Below, piece after piece: positions 25,279 to 38,153 of a DNA stretch of 64,000 nt. A program made the position numbers and the translations under genes. This DNA comes from Octopus vulgaris (Eukaryota): contig OX597817.1 of assembly GCA_951406725.2 (NCBI GenBank), forward strand, positions 175,026,001 through 175,090,000, written 5' to 3'. Under the pieces are notes generated by a model. The model ran no database searches. It saw only the letters and a program-made list of their open reading frames with translations, and had not been told where the DNA came from. How positions within the stretch are numbered: position 1 is the first letter of the stretch; each line of letters opens with the position of its first letter.

Positions 25279-26271
25279 ATCTTCAACTATGAATGCAATT
25301 TACTCACATATACAAAAATGTAATTTACTTACATAACAGAAACACACCTGACCTGTTCCGTCAACCTTTCTGATCACTTATAATGCGTTTTAAATATGTG
25401 ATTATTCAGAAAGAAAGGAAAAAAAAAGAATTATTTTCCTTCTTTTATTTTTTTGTCATCTTTTGATAACTTAGTACCTTCCATTTGTCTGTATTGAAGA
25501 TTAAATGTTTTAGTCGTTAATTCAGCTAATCAACTCAGTATAGATTTTTATCTTAATTCTCTCATTATTGTCTGTATATGACCTTCAGGTTTTTATTTGT
25601 TTTTTTTTTTTAATTATTTCCCATCCTCTCCAACTACCACAGATTTAGCTGGTGTGTATGTTTATCAGTGGTGTGTAGTTGGTGTGTGTGGGTATGTGTG
25701 TATGTTTATCAGTGGTGTGTAGTTGGTGTGTGTGGGTGTGGGTGTGTGTCGTATGTATGTATATCATTATATTCATCATCATCATTATCATTTTAATGTC
25801 CACTTTTCCATGCTTGTATGGGTCAGATGGAATTCTTTAGGGCAGGTATTTTTATGGTCTGTTACCCTTCCTGCTGCTAACCTTCACCTGTTTCCAAGCA
25901 AGCTAATTCTTCCTTGTAGCCATACCTGTTTTCATGGAAGAATGGAAATGAAAGACTCCTTTGGTCAACAAGTGCCAAGTGCTCTGAGGGAGACACATAA
26001 AGAAGTAGTGAAGACTTATCTCAAAAAGTTGAACTCCATAGACAAAGTAACCAAAGATTGCAACAAGTGGTGAGATGATCTGCTCAAACGCTTGAAAAGA
26101 TTTTAATAAATAGATGATGATTTTAAGGGAGAGAGACAGTATTCAAGCCCCTTTGTAATCCTAAATCACTTCCTCATGAAAATGACACCTATATATTTAT
26201 GGTGCATTTGTTGCTTTCAAGTGTCTATACTTTGCATATGCTCCATATAGATTCGGCTCATGATTGTAAGG

Positions 26272-26540
26272 TTGTGAGTTCGATTCCCAGTGGTGCATTG
26301 TGTTCTTGAGCAAGACACTTTATTTCACATTGCGCCAGTCCACTCAACTGGTAAAAATGAATAGTATCTGTAACTCAAAGGGTTGGCTTTGTCACATTCT
26401 GTGTCACACTGAATCTCCCTGAGAACTACATTAGGGGAATGTGTGTCTGGAGTGCTCAGCCACTTGTGTGTTAATTTTACAAGCTGGTTGTTCTATTGAT
26501 TGGATCAACTGGAATCCTTGTTGTAACTGATGGAGTGCTA
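26272..26540 (+). mobile_element. tRNA-derived SINE family C
   Basis: B-box GAGTTCGATTCCC, central TTGAGCAAGACACTTTA..CAGTCCACTCA; tail shared with 30075-30250. Confidence 0.75.
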
Positions 26541-28224
26541 GTATTAGTATGCTCCATATAAATGTATGTATGTATGTATGTATGTATGTATGCATGAAGC
26601 AGGTTAAGGAGCGGGTAGACACCTTTGAAAGAGCATGTATTCTGCATGAAGAATTTAAGTGTGCAGCTTGAAAACACACTGCTAGTGTAGTGAATGGGGA
26701 AAGCTTGGTTTGCAGTGTTTACAGTCATGTGTGCTTGTCAAAAGCAGGGCTCATTAGCCACCAATGGAGTCGCAGATGCAGAATATAAGTTAGTCCTAGA
26801 GTGCACAATGTTCCTAAAGGGCAGCAATGGTCTTCCTCGGTCATGAGTGGACAGCCATCATGTATGCATGTATGTATGCATGTATCTATGTATATGTACA
26901 TGTATGTGGGGGAGGAGGGCTGTTTGTCTAAGTTCACACTGATATATTCTGCTTTTAGCAGAGGTCTCTCATCCAAAATGAGATATAACTTATAAGGTTA
27001 AAGCTAAGGGTACTTGTGGTCGGAGCAGATTTATATTTATGTGTTGCAAACGTAGAAAGATTAACTTTTTTATTCATCATCTTTTGAATTGAAACAATAT
27101 CTTAATTTTTCTGATGGCAAGGGCTTTGCTGATATGTCTAAATATTAACTTGATAAGGTGTTTTTAAATAAAGTATTTGGTTAAAAGTTTCTAAAATGTA
27201 AAACAATAGTAATTTTCTATAGAGGAATTCCCTCTAGCTACCCCAAGAATTATATCTCTCTTTTTATATGAATAATCTTTAAGAATTTATTCCATCTCCT
27301 GTCAGAAGTATAAACTCCAGTGGCATATCTCATGGTGGTAAGGATTGAATCATAAGGTAGAAAATGGAATTATGTCCATGATTTATTACTGAATTTTTTA
27401 TATCATAAATATATTCAAAACAGTTTGTTGTTATTTTGCTCTAGGTCAATCATGAACCAGCAGATCTATGATCAAAGGTGCCCCAATCATAAACAAACCA
27501 TTCCATCTTCCCTTTAGGCACAGTATATCCAGTACTATGTCATCCAGTGCTCTTTTTTTTCTTTCCGTTAGTAGGGTTTATTTTTAGGGAGATTCGACTT
27601 GGCCATTGGCTCACATTCAAACCTAATAATATCTTTTTTGCATTTATGATAAAGTTTTCTTTATGATATATTGATTTTGTCTTTAATTTCAATCTCAACT
27701 CACTTAAAAGAAATGTTTGTAACATATGGTTGGAAATAATTAAACTTTACAGATACAGATAAATGCTACTAATCCCTACTTGACTTATTAAGGATGAGGA
27801 TAAAGAGATAAATGAGTAATACTGAGATGAAGTGCTGAAAAAGTCGTAAGCTTAATGACTCATTGCTGCAGCAAACCCAAGCTCTCATAGTCCCTGTCAC
27901 CATATGCAACATCACTCCCATGCACCCAGGCATTTGTACAACTCTCCCCCCAAAACTAATATCCACTAAATCCATAATAACATGAAAAAGATACACATAA
28001 TCTTTGCGATAGAAGCCGCATCAATGAGCTTCTTAGCCCAAAGACTGCTGAGCTGCACAGCTTTGCTGATAAGTGTGAGGGAAGAGCAACTGTTACCTTC
28101 TGGTTGAGTTCACTTTGTCTGTCTCTGCTGCAATCATTACCAGAATCTAGAGGTGTACAATAATAGTCTAGGCAGCTGAGAGAGTACATTGTCCAGACTG
28201 CAACAGTGTTCTCCATATGATTAA

Positions 28225-28446
28225 ACTTTTTGTTACCAATCTGGCTGAAACCGGCTCTGGCTCTTTAGTATAAATGTCTTGTTTTCATAAGTTTTGAATT
28301 CAAATCTTCCACCAAATCTTAGTTAAAATTTATGTTCCTAACACTGGCTGAATGATAAGTAAGTTATTTTACTAAATTCTTTGTTATATTTAAAATAATT
28401 GAAAGAAACACAGAGTATCTCAAAATAAATACAGTAATGAAAGAGT
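28225..28446. mobile_element. TTAA MITE family 2 (opposite orientation)
   Basis: TTAA at ~28221 and 28447; internal sequence is reverse complement of 21240-21480-type copies. Confidence 0.7.
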
Positions 28447-28591
28447 TAACCGCTGCATGTCAGAATTTGCTGTATGGTACTTAGCAAGGCAAAGGTATAC
28501 CTGTAGCATTGTATCTGTAGGTCAATCTTAGTCATTTTGATGATTATAGAAAACTTGGAGCTATGTAACAACACAATCAAAATATTCTACT

Positions 28592-28802
28592 CTTTTATTC
28601 TTTTACTTGTTTTAATCATTTGACTGTGGCCATGCTGGAGCACTGCCTTTACTCAAACAAATCGACCCCAGGACTTATTCTTTGTACGCCTAGTATTTAT
28701 TCTATCAGTCGCTTTTACTGAACCGTTTAGTTACGGGCAAGTAAACACACCAACATCAGTTGTCAAAGGATGCTGTGGGAACAAACACAAACACACAAAC
28801 AT

Positions 28803-28839
<37 letters not shown>

Positions 28840-29020
28840 GGGAGAATTCACGAAAAAAACAAAAGACAAAGACAAGATGGTGTAGAAAACAAAGAGATGT
28901 ATTAGTATAACGCTCGGGAATTGAAAAAGTCTTTTACGTTTTGAGCCTACGCTCTTCCACAGAAAGGAACACAGATACACACAAATGGGCTTCTTTCAGT
29001 TTCCATCTACCAAATCCACA
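28592..29020 (-). mobile_element. SINE family A with Penelope-like end inserted in its internal (TA)n
   Basis: SINE homology at 28592-28800 and 28980-29020. Confidence 0.75.
28839..28975 (-). mobile_element. Penelope-like 3' end with hammerhead-like motif
   Basis: Reverse complement CCTTTCTGTGGAAGAGCGTAGGCTCAAAACGTAAAAGACT homologous to 37612-37757. Confidence 0.8.
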
Positions 29021-29041
29021 GTTAATGTTATATTTTGAGGT

Positions 29042-29615
29042 ACGGTGGTGAGCTGGCAGAATTGTTAGTACACCAGACAAAATGTACTGAGTTCAAAGTA
29101 TGCCGAGGTTGATTTTGCTTCTCATACTTTTGGTGTTGGTAAAGTAAGTACATATTGAGCACCGGGGTAGATGCAATCAATGTAGCCCCTCCCCCGAAAT
29201 TGCTGGCCTTGTGCCAAAAATTTGAAATCAACATTATATTTTTAGGTATGGCTGTATGGCTGCTATAAAGTTTGCTTCACAACCACATGGTTTTGGGCTC
29301 AGCTTCATTGCATGAAGCCTTGGGCAAGTATCTTCTACTAAAGTCCCAAGTTGACCAAAGTTTTGTGAAGGCATTTGGGCAGTGGAAACTGAAAAAAGCT
29401 TGTCATATATATGTGTGTGTGTATGTCTCCTTATCTTAACATCATATGATAATAGTAAATAAATGTCAATCCCATGTAAACATGTCCTGCTTGGAGAAAA
29501 CATAAGGGTCGGTGACAGGAAGGGCATCTGGCTGCAGAAAATCTGCCTTAATGAATTTATTCCATCTGATCCCACAAGCTTACAGAAGTGGACATTAAAA
29601 TGATGTTGATGACGC
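29042..29615 (+). mobile_element. SINE B (29042-29235) followed by SINE-A-head/RTE-tail element (29245-29615)
   Basis: Homology to copies described above. Confidence 0.75.
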
Positions 29616-29859
29616 TATGGTATTTGCTGTTGAAGTTTAATGCTCTTTCATTGCATATCATTAAAATGGAATAGAAACTGATAGCCAACTAATATGGCTG
29701 AGAGTATTAGATTAAATGTTATTCGAATATCTTATTTTACTTCTCTTATGTTGTGAGTTTTATGATACCACAGGTAAGAAATTTGCTTTCCAGTCTTCTG
29801 GGAATGGAAAACATAAAATGTATGACATGTATGTACTAGGGATTATTTAATTTCTGTAG

Positions 29860-30250
29860 AGGTGCAATGGCTCATTGTTTAGGGTTAGTGGTTAGGGCAG
29901 CGGAATTGTGGTTGTAGGATTGTGGTTTTGACTTCCAGACTGGGCGTTGTGAGTGTTTATTGAGCGAAAACATCTAAAGCTTCATGAGGCTCCGGCAGGG
30001 GATGGTGGTGAACCCTGCTGTACTCTTTGACCACAAATTTCTCTCACTCTTTCTTCTTGTTTCTGTTGTACTTGTATTTCAAAGGACCAGCCTTGTCACA
30101 GTCTGTGTCACACTGAATCTCCCCCAAGAACTATGTTAAAGGTACACGTGTCTGTGGAGTGCTCAGCCACTTGCACATTAATTTCACGAGCAGGCTGTTT
30201 CGTTGATCGGATCAACTGGAACCCTTGTCATTGTTACCGATGGAGTACCA
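29860..30250 (+). mobile_element. tRNA-like SINE family D sharing its 3' tail with family C
   Basis: 30075-30250 aligns with 26368-26540; head and middle differ. Confidence 0.65.
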
Positions 30251-30331
30251 CATATTTAATTTCTAGGCTGGTACAAGTTTCCAGTCTTTACCATTAGAAG
30301 AAATCATTACATAGATTTACATAGAGGATAT

Positions 30332-30768
30332 AGGTGCAGGTATGGCTTTGTGGTTAAGAAGCTTGCTTTGTAACCACATAGTTTTAGGTTCAGTCCCACT
30401 GCACCACATCTTGGGCATTATCTATTATAGCCTTGGGCCTACAGCTGCCATGTGGATGAATTTGATGATGGAAACTGCTGAAGCCTGTAGCATATATATA
30501 CATACCTGTATATATATATTAATGTCTGTCGGTATTTGTCTTTGTGTATCTTAGTGTTAACAAACTACCACTAACACTTGACAACCAGTGTTGGTTTGTT
30601 TATGATCCTGTAATTTTGCAGTACTAGAATAAGTACTAGTCTTCAAAAAACAACAAAAAAAAGTACTGGTGGAGCTGATTTGTTGACTTTAGAGTCACCC
30701 TTTAGAGTGGTGCCCCAGCATGACCACAACCCAATGGCTGAAATAAGTTAAAGATAAGAGATAAAAGG
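30332..30768 (+). mobile_element. Full-length SINE family A
   Basis: GGTGCAGGTATGGCTTTGTGG head to AAGATAAGAGATAAAAG tail. Confidence 0.8.
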
Positions 30769-31623
30769 TATCAGAATTAGTAGATTGTTAGACAAAGTAT
30801 AAAGAGGCCTTAAACTAGTTTTCACGACTGTTGTTGTTTTGTTCAGATTTAAGTTCAGATTTTAAATTGTGTTTTGGCCACTCTTTGACATCATGCCTCC
30901 GGGTGATAAAATAAGTGAAGTGAATTATTGATCTGAATTTAATTGACTATCCCCTTTCCTTTGGCCCTGTGCCAGTTTAAGAAATCATTATCATAAATTA
31001 TACAGTTAAGTTTGATTTTGTAATCTCACCAACTATACCAACAAAAATAAAAAATAAAATAGGTAAAAATTGTGGATGTTGATGGTTCTAGTTTGGAAGG
31101 TTATACACACATGCACACAAAGATTCATGTGCAGTCACATGTGCCTGTACATACACATGTATACACTGACATAAATGTGCACTCTTATACATGCATACAC
31201 ATGCTCATGCACGTACACACACACATGCACACACACACACATGCACACACACACACACTGCCAATCTCAGAATTTGACATGCAGAGATTTTTATATATAA
31301 TATATATGATAATCAAATTGTGTATCATTTAATACTTCAAACAATTAAAAGACAAACCAAAGCAGTGTTTTAATTTTAAGCCTAGCTTATGTTGGCAACA
31401 AGAAAAAAAAAGATAAAAAATTATGTTTTAACTACCTATCAATAGTCATTAATAATGAAACATTTTAAAGCTTAAACTTCAGCTGCTGGTTTTATCTATT
31501 TTAATTAAGTATTTTCTTAAATATTTTATTATATTTTTAGTTTATGTTTTAATATTGATTGATTAATTATTTTCATTTAGCTCCTTTTTCTTAACCCTTT
31601 GAACCCACAGCTATGCTTTAGAG

Positions 31624-32105
31624 CAGCTGTCCCCAAAGTTTCTTGCACCACAGACCAGTTTCATGCAAGACAATTTTTCCACAGACTTAGGGATTGTGTG
31701 TACAACAAAACACAAAGTACATTACATATAATTTAATTATTACATACATAATACATATATATCACATATACAACATGTACAAGGGGGTGCTGAAAAGTTC
31801 CTGACTTTAAGGGTGTTGTGAAAGGCCTGGTTGCAGGTCCAACCTTCTGAGTTCTTTTTACAGGGCTTAGAAAAACTGAAGGACTGCTGCAATAAGTGTG
31901 TGAATCTGAGAGGGAAACATGTTGAATAAAATCATAATCAATTGATACTTCTGTATTCTATTTTATCCAAAGCCAGGAACTTTTCATAACCCCTTGCTTT
32001 TAATGCAGAAATACACTGCAGACTGCAATAATGTATGAAATAGAAATAAAATTTTAAGATTTATTGTTTTTCTGTAGTCTAGTACTGGTCTGTGGTTTGG
32101 TGAGA
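31624..32105. mobile_element. hAT/Charlie-type MITE (MER1-like termini) hosting a mariner MITE
   Basis: Starts CTTTAGAG|CAGCTGTCCCCAAAGTTTCTTGCACCACAGACCAGTTTCATGCAAGACAATTTTTCCACAGAC; decayed right end GTACTGGTCTGTGG ~32082-32100. Confidence 0.6.
31780..31996 (+). mobile_element. Mariner-derived MITE
   Basis: TA|CAAGGGGGTGCTGAAAAGTTCCTGACTTT vs AAAGCCAGGAACTTTTCATAACCCCTTG; retains transposase-like end KLKDCCNKCVNLRGKHVE*. Confidence 0.8.
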
Positions 32106-34200
32106 TTTTAAAAACTTCCTCAAACTGTATAAACCACCTTTAGAATCTTGTTATCATTCATAAACCTATCACTTCTGCTGTAAAGACTTCAGTAGATTAT
32201 ATTTGTGATAATTTATCTTTCACCCTTTCAGCAACATATTTCTGTTGAAATACACTGCTTTTGTTTTAATTACTTTTCGAAAATAACAAAGAATTAACTA
32301 AGTTGGAACATGAAACATGAATTAGCACAAAACTTGGAAGGCTAAAATTTTGATTACTTTAAACATTAATTATGTATCCTAGATCCAGGGTTTGTCTCAG
32401 GTCAGTTGGTATCAAAAGAGCTAAACTCAAAGTTTGTATCACAGAACCAGGGATAGTCTCAGTTGGGTTTGTATGAAAAGGCTTAATGTGAATCTGCACA
32501 GCGGAATAAGATCCTGCAGGAGATTTTCTTGATCTTTCTTACTTGAAAGATTGTGATTTGATAAATTCCAATTCTTTAAGACTTGATTCATGCTTTTAGT
32601 TTTTATGCAGTATCTTGGGAATCAAGGCTCTTAACCATCTTGTGGCCATATTTGCATTAAAATACACCGCTTTTCTTTCAATTTTAAAAATAATGGAGAA
32701 GTTAGTAAAATAATTTTGTCATTATTAAGCTGATGTTTGGAAGTTAAACTTGCATAAAATTTTGATGGAAGGTTATAATTTAGAATGCTTTCAAGCAGGA
32801 AGCTTGTATTATAGAACCAGGAGTGGTCTCAGGTGGGTTGGTATCAACAGGGTTAAAGAGTAAAAGATATTTTAAAATTTTGATCATGAAAATTTATTTC
32901 ATTTATTCTTCTTCTGCAATTTGTATTCTTGTTTTTTTGTTTTTTTTTCATGTAAACCTTGCAGAAATGCAGCTACTGAGTAATTAGCATTCTAGATGAT
33001 TGCATGAGTAATTATTGTACTTTGTTATTGAACTTAAACTAGAGAAATATTTTTTAATATCTGCTGTTATCTCAGATCATTTCTCTTCTTGGTTGAATGG
33101 TTTGTATTAAAACTGAAGGACATTCAGTTGTAAAATCAGAGACAGTTTCAAATGCTTGGATATTTAGAATGATCTAACGTAACTTTCAAAAGCATGTAAA
33201 AAACACAAACAACAAAATCTACCAAGTGCACAATTTAATAGCCTGCTTCAGTGTTTCCTTTCAACTTGTTTTGTTTAAATGTAACAACTCTACATCATCC
33301 ATTCTGTTCCTATCAATTTATTAATATTCATATTTCGTAGGCCACTTAAATTCCTGAATTGTTAGCATGAGTTTGTGTTGTAGCAGTGGCATTTATAGGT
33401 CAAGTGCAGCTTAATTCAGGCACCTTAAAATGTTTGGTTAAAATTAGATTTCTTTACCCCAGTTTTATCCAATTAACGAGAGTAAAACTTTAAACATGGA
33501 AATCTTGTGTAAGTTTTTAAGAACAGTTATTTTTAGTAAGAAATAAACACATTAAGCAGTCTTTTACCTGGGGTCTTGCAGTATTTTATTAGTGTTCTAT
33601 AAACATCACAGGTTGATGTGATCTGGTATTTTTCCAAAGCCTTGAAAGTAAAATTGAGTATTTTTAGCAGCAATATTTGTTTCGTATGTTTATTCTAAGG
33701 TAGCTTATGGCTATTTGATTAGCTCCAAATTAAAATCTAGAGCAAAATAACGAAGCTAGTTATTAGATGTTTCTTTACTCTGTTAGCAATCCATAATCAT
33801 ATAACTTCAAGTGTTGCAGTCAACACTTCATTTTCATGTGTTTTATTGGCTTTATGATTTCATGAACACTGTTAGGAAACTCAAGCATTAAATGAAAGTA
33901 CATCCACAATAGGTTATTGTAAGCAATCACCTAACTTGCTGTAAGATAAAAGTGTATTGTAAAAGTAGTGAAAATAATAAATAAAAAAAAAGAAAGCAAA
34001 TCTATTGATCTTTATACACAGATAGCATTAAAACAGCTAATTAGTTATTGATCCATAACACTTTTTTTCATTTTTGTAAATAGCTCCAGAATTTAACTTG
34101 TAGATCAAACGTATAGCTGTCTAGAAAAACACTTCTATTTTTGATCTTTAAGTTAAATTTGTTTCCTGTTTTCCTTGAAAGATTCTGAAATACTCTTTTC

Positions 34201-34240
<40 letters not shown>

Positions 34241-34769
34241 GAACTACTGAAAGAGGAAGAAATAGGAAAGAAAATAACCAAAAAAAGAGAGACGTTGCTG
34301 GATTGTGAAATATTTAGTTTAACATTTCACATATTCAAAATATAATTAGTTTTTAAAATTTAATATTGAATGATTAAGATTAATGATGGTACTAAATTTG
34401 AAAGTTCTTGTAATACACTTTCCTACATACATCTACTTAGGATAAATGGGGAGAAGGAAAAGAAAGAGGTAGTTAAATTAAATTGTAAAATTTATAATTC
34501 CCTTTTAGAATGGTGAATCTCAAATCACATAAAGCTATATTAAAAGAAGAATTATTTCATAATCTTTCAAAGTAAATTCTTATGATGTCAACAACTTACA
34601 TTCCTTGCTGGTAAGAATAAAGTTTCTAAAGTGAAAAGAGAAGCTTGAAAAATTGCTTTGGTCCAGTGATAAAACGACTGTCATATTTACAAATGTGAAT
34701 ATGAGTTTAAAGGGCAGTCTTCAACCTTTTCTATCCAAAGAATTTTCAACCGAGTTTTTACATGGTATT

Positions 34770-35043
34770 GACAATATGCTGTGCTTGAGAAGCAAGGTCC
34801 ATCAAGCCAAGTGAAATCGTAGTCGTGGCAGATACTGATGTCCCACAGCTGGAACCCGTGCTGGTGACACATAAAAGCACCAGTTACACTCTTGGAGTGG
34901 TTGGCATTAGGAAGGGCATCCAGCCATAGAAAACATACCAAATCAGACTGGAATCTGGTGCAGCCTCTCAGTTTACCAGCCTAGTCAAACCATCCAACCC
35001 ATCCCAGCACGGACAACGGAGGTTATATGATGATAATGATGAT
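34770..35043 (+). mobile_element. RTE LINE 3' end
   Basis: TATGCTGTGCTTGAGAAG.. and GGAAGGGCATCCAGC.. (GAT)n. Confidence 0.8.
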
Positions 35044-35096
35044 TGTTAATAGCTTTAAGAATTATTTCATGTTCCCTCAGAGTTTTATAAATTCTT

Positions 35097-35484
35097 AGGC
35101 ATGGCTGGGTGGTAAGAAGTTTGCTTCTAATCACATGGCTTCGGGTTCAGTCCTACTGTGTGGAATCTTGGGCATGTGTCTTCTGCTATAGTTCTGACCA
35201 ACCGAAGCCTTGTGATTGGATTTGGTGGAAGGAAACTGAAAGAAGCCTGTCATGTATATATATATGTATATATCTGTGTGTATTTGTGTATGTGTTTGTC
35301 TCTCACCACTGCTTGATAACCAGTGTTGGTGTGTTTATATCTCCGTACCTTAGCAGTTCGGCAAAAGAGACCGGTAGAATAAGTACCAGGCTTAAAAAGA
35401 AAATAGTACTGGTGTCAAATAGGTGCCCCAGTATGGCCACAGTTTAATGACTAAAACAAGTAAACAATAAGAGATAAAAAGATA
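35097..35484 (+). mobile_element. Full-length SINE family A
   Basis: Homology to 43195-43611. Confidence 0.85.
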
Positions 35485-35935
35485 ATATATATATATATAT
35501 ATATTCTATATAATTAGAAAACTTAAAATTGAATGATTAAGATATAATGATGGTACTTTGGTTGCCAAGAATACGAGATTCAAGAAATGTCACAATTTTT
35601 GTTGGCTTCAATGACTCACAATTTGATAGCAAAGTTATAATAAAGAGACACTTTTGATACAGAAGAAAACATTCTGTTAAGCACAAAGCTTTCTTTAACA
35701 CTGTTAATTTCAAATCATATATATATATATATATTAAAATGACGATGATGATTATATAAATATGTATATATTAATAATGTATGCATATATAAATGTGTAT
35801 CTACTTTTAAGTAATATGTATAGATAGTTTTAAATTATGCATAGTTTAAAGTAATCTATACTTACCACTTTAAGCAACACACATGCATATATAGTTCACA
35901 ATATTATATAAATAATATCTGTTTATTCCCGTTTC

Positions 35936-36752
35936 CACCCAGAACACACCAAGCTTTCCATCCCCTATTCCCAATTCCTCCGTCTACGTAGGCTCTGTAG
36001 TGACGACCATGACTTTGAGACTCAGTCTCAACGTATGGCTCACCACTTCACCCTACGTGGATACCCCCTCACCACTATCCACACCACCCTTGCCAGAGCA
36101 CGGTCCGTGGACCGTGTATCTGCTCTCTCTCCCCCGAACCCGCCCTGTAGTCTCCCGCCTCCCTTTTCCCCTCACTTACCACCCCACGACCCTACGTCTC
36201 CAACGCACCATTCTTTGAGCTTTCCGTCATCTCCAGTCCGACCCGTCCACTTCACACCTCTTCCCTAACCGACCCCTCCCCTCTTTCAAACGAGCCCACA
36301 ACCTTCGAGACCTTTTGGTCCATAGCTCCTTCCCTGACCCTACCTCCCAACCCGGCTCGTTCCCCTGCTCCCGCCCACGTTGCCGCACTTGCCCTTACCT
36401 CTCCAACACCACCCGCCTCACTAGCACCCACCATCGACCCTATCCCATCATCCACTCCTTCACCTGCACCTCCAGCAATATTATCAATTGCATCTCTTGC
36501 TCTCTCTGCAATTCCTTGTACATCGGACAAACGGGACGCCACTTGGCTGACCGGTTCGCGGAACACCTTCGTGACATCCACCTTGCGAACGACACACTGG
36601 TCTCACGCCATTTCCGCTCCACCGGTCACTCCTTGCAACACCTATCTGTGTTCGGTTTGTCCTTACACAGAGGCCATCCGGATTCCCGTTTGCGCCGTGA
36701 ACAGGAATTAATCTTCTCTCTTCGCTCTTATACGCCATTTGGTCTCAACTCT
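35936..36752 (+). pseudogene. PLE ORF remnant: RT thumb/linker + GIY-YIG endonuclease
   Basis: HPEHTKLSIPYSQFLRLRRLCS...RGYP; one frameshift near 36140 and one stop at 36216; CSRPRCRTC, CISCSLCNSLYIGQTGR..RFAEH, HF..H, E..I..L..P.GLN. Confidence 0.9.
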
Positions 36753-36759
36753 CCCCCCT

Positions 36760-37075
36760 CCTCATCTAACCCCCCTCTCCCCCCTCCTCACCTATCCTTT
36801 CCCCCCGACCCCTACTTCTTCAGTCCTTCATCCTTTCACCTCTACTCCCCTTCCCTTCTTCCCTCTTTCTCCCTCCCTCCTTCCCTCTTCTCCTTCCCTC
36901 TGCTCCCTCACTCCCTCCTCCCCTTCTCTCTCCCCCTCTCCCTCTTTCCTCCTTCCTCCTCCCCCTCCTCCCTTCCTCTCTCTCCCCCATCCTCTCCTCT
37001 TCCCCCTCTCCTCCCCCTCTTCTTCCCCTCCCCTTCTCTCCCTCTTTCTCCCCCTCCCCCTCTTCTCCTCACTAC
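36760..37075. repeat. ~300-bp nearly pure polypyrimidine tract
   Basis: Direct inspection. Confidence 0.9.
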
Positions 37076-37112
37076 ACCACACGACTTCACATCACATCAT
37101 ATATGATGTGCC

Positions 37113-37495
37113 ATACTAATACCTACACCAACTAATACATACTAATACGTACTAATACATACTAATACATACTAATACATACACCAACCCTATACATACA
37201 CACGTCCAGACCCCTCATACGCACTTATACTCTCTCATACACACACACACATACACTTATACATACTAATACATACTAATACATACTAATACATACTAAT
37301 ACATACACCAACCCCATACATACGCAGTCCAGACCAATCCTACGCACTAATACTCCCTCATACACACACACACACACACACACACCCTTATACATACTAA
37401 TACATACACCAACCCTATACATACACACATCCAGACCCCTCCTACGCACTATTAGCTGGTCCTTCAACCCTATTATCAACCCTATTATCAACCCT
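37113..37495. repeat. ATACTAATAC decamers and ~100-bp imperfect units in PLE 3' UTR
   Basis: ACCAACCC(T/C)ATACATAC..(G/A)TCCAGACC occurs 3 times. Confidence 0.85.
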
Positions 37496-37621
37496 TATTT
37501 CGCTCTCGCGTCTCATGTTTGATCTTTGACCTCTGGCCGAAATCAGATCGCCATGTTGATTCGTTAGCTACTGCACGCATTTTTTTCTCTCCTTCTTTCT
37601 GTGTTTTTTTCTCTCTGTGTA

Positions 37622-37659
37622 TCTTTCTGTTGAAGAGCGTAGGCTCGAAACGTTAAAGA
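37622..37659 (+). ncRNA. Minimal type I hammerhead-ribozyme-like motif (variant core CUGUUGA)
   Basis: TCTTT-CTGTTGA-A-GAGC(GTAG)GCTC-GAAA-CG-TT-AAAGA: helices I and II pair; palindromic helix III as in PLE minimal hammerheads. Confidence 0.6.
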
Positions 37660-37917
37660 CTTGTTTTATTTATATTTCCTGAGCGCCATACTAATACAAT
37701 TGTTCGTTTGTTTTCCACCTGCCTTCATCTTTTGTCTATTTTCATAAAGCTTCCCGTTATATATATATGTAAATTGATACATTGATTTTAATATATATAT
37801 ATATATATGTAAACTGATATGTTGATTCTAACATACATATACATATATGTTTGTATACAATAATAACAATAATTCTAGGATGGAATTTATAAATATTTAA
37901 TACATCACTATGTGTGT

Positions 37918-37921
<4 letters not shown>

Positions 37922-37961
<40 letters not shown>

Positions 37962-37988
37962 ATGTATGTATGTATGTATGTATGTATG

Positions 37989-38047
<59 letters not shown>

Positions 38048-38052
38048 GTATG

Positions 38053-38085
<33 letters not shown>

Positions 38086-38122
38086 ATGTATGTATGTATG
38101 TATATATATATATGTATGTATG

Positions 38123-38153
<31 letters not shown>

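Larger units (their letters stand above)
35936..37760 (+). mobile_element. 5'-truncated Penelope-like element
   Basis: RT C-terminal/linker peptide, GIY-YIG domain, pyrimidine tract, minisatellite UTR, terminal hammerhead motif, ends in (TA)n. Confidence 0.9.

Noticed and set aside
27769-28216. Unique-looking segment with two short minus-strand ORFs
   Set aside because: No recognisable motif, splice structure or repeat hallmark to support a call.
36739-37119. Pro/Ser/Leu-rich and Gly/Glu/Arg-rich ORFs
   Set aside because: Read-through of the polypyrimidine tract; no domain signal.
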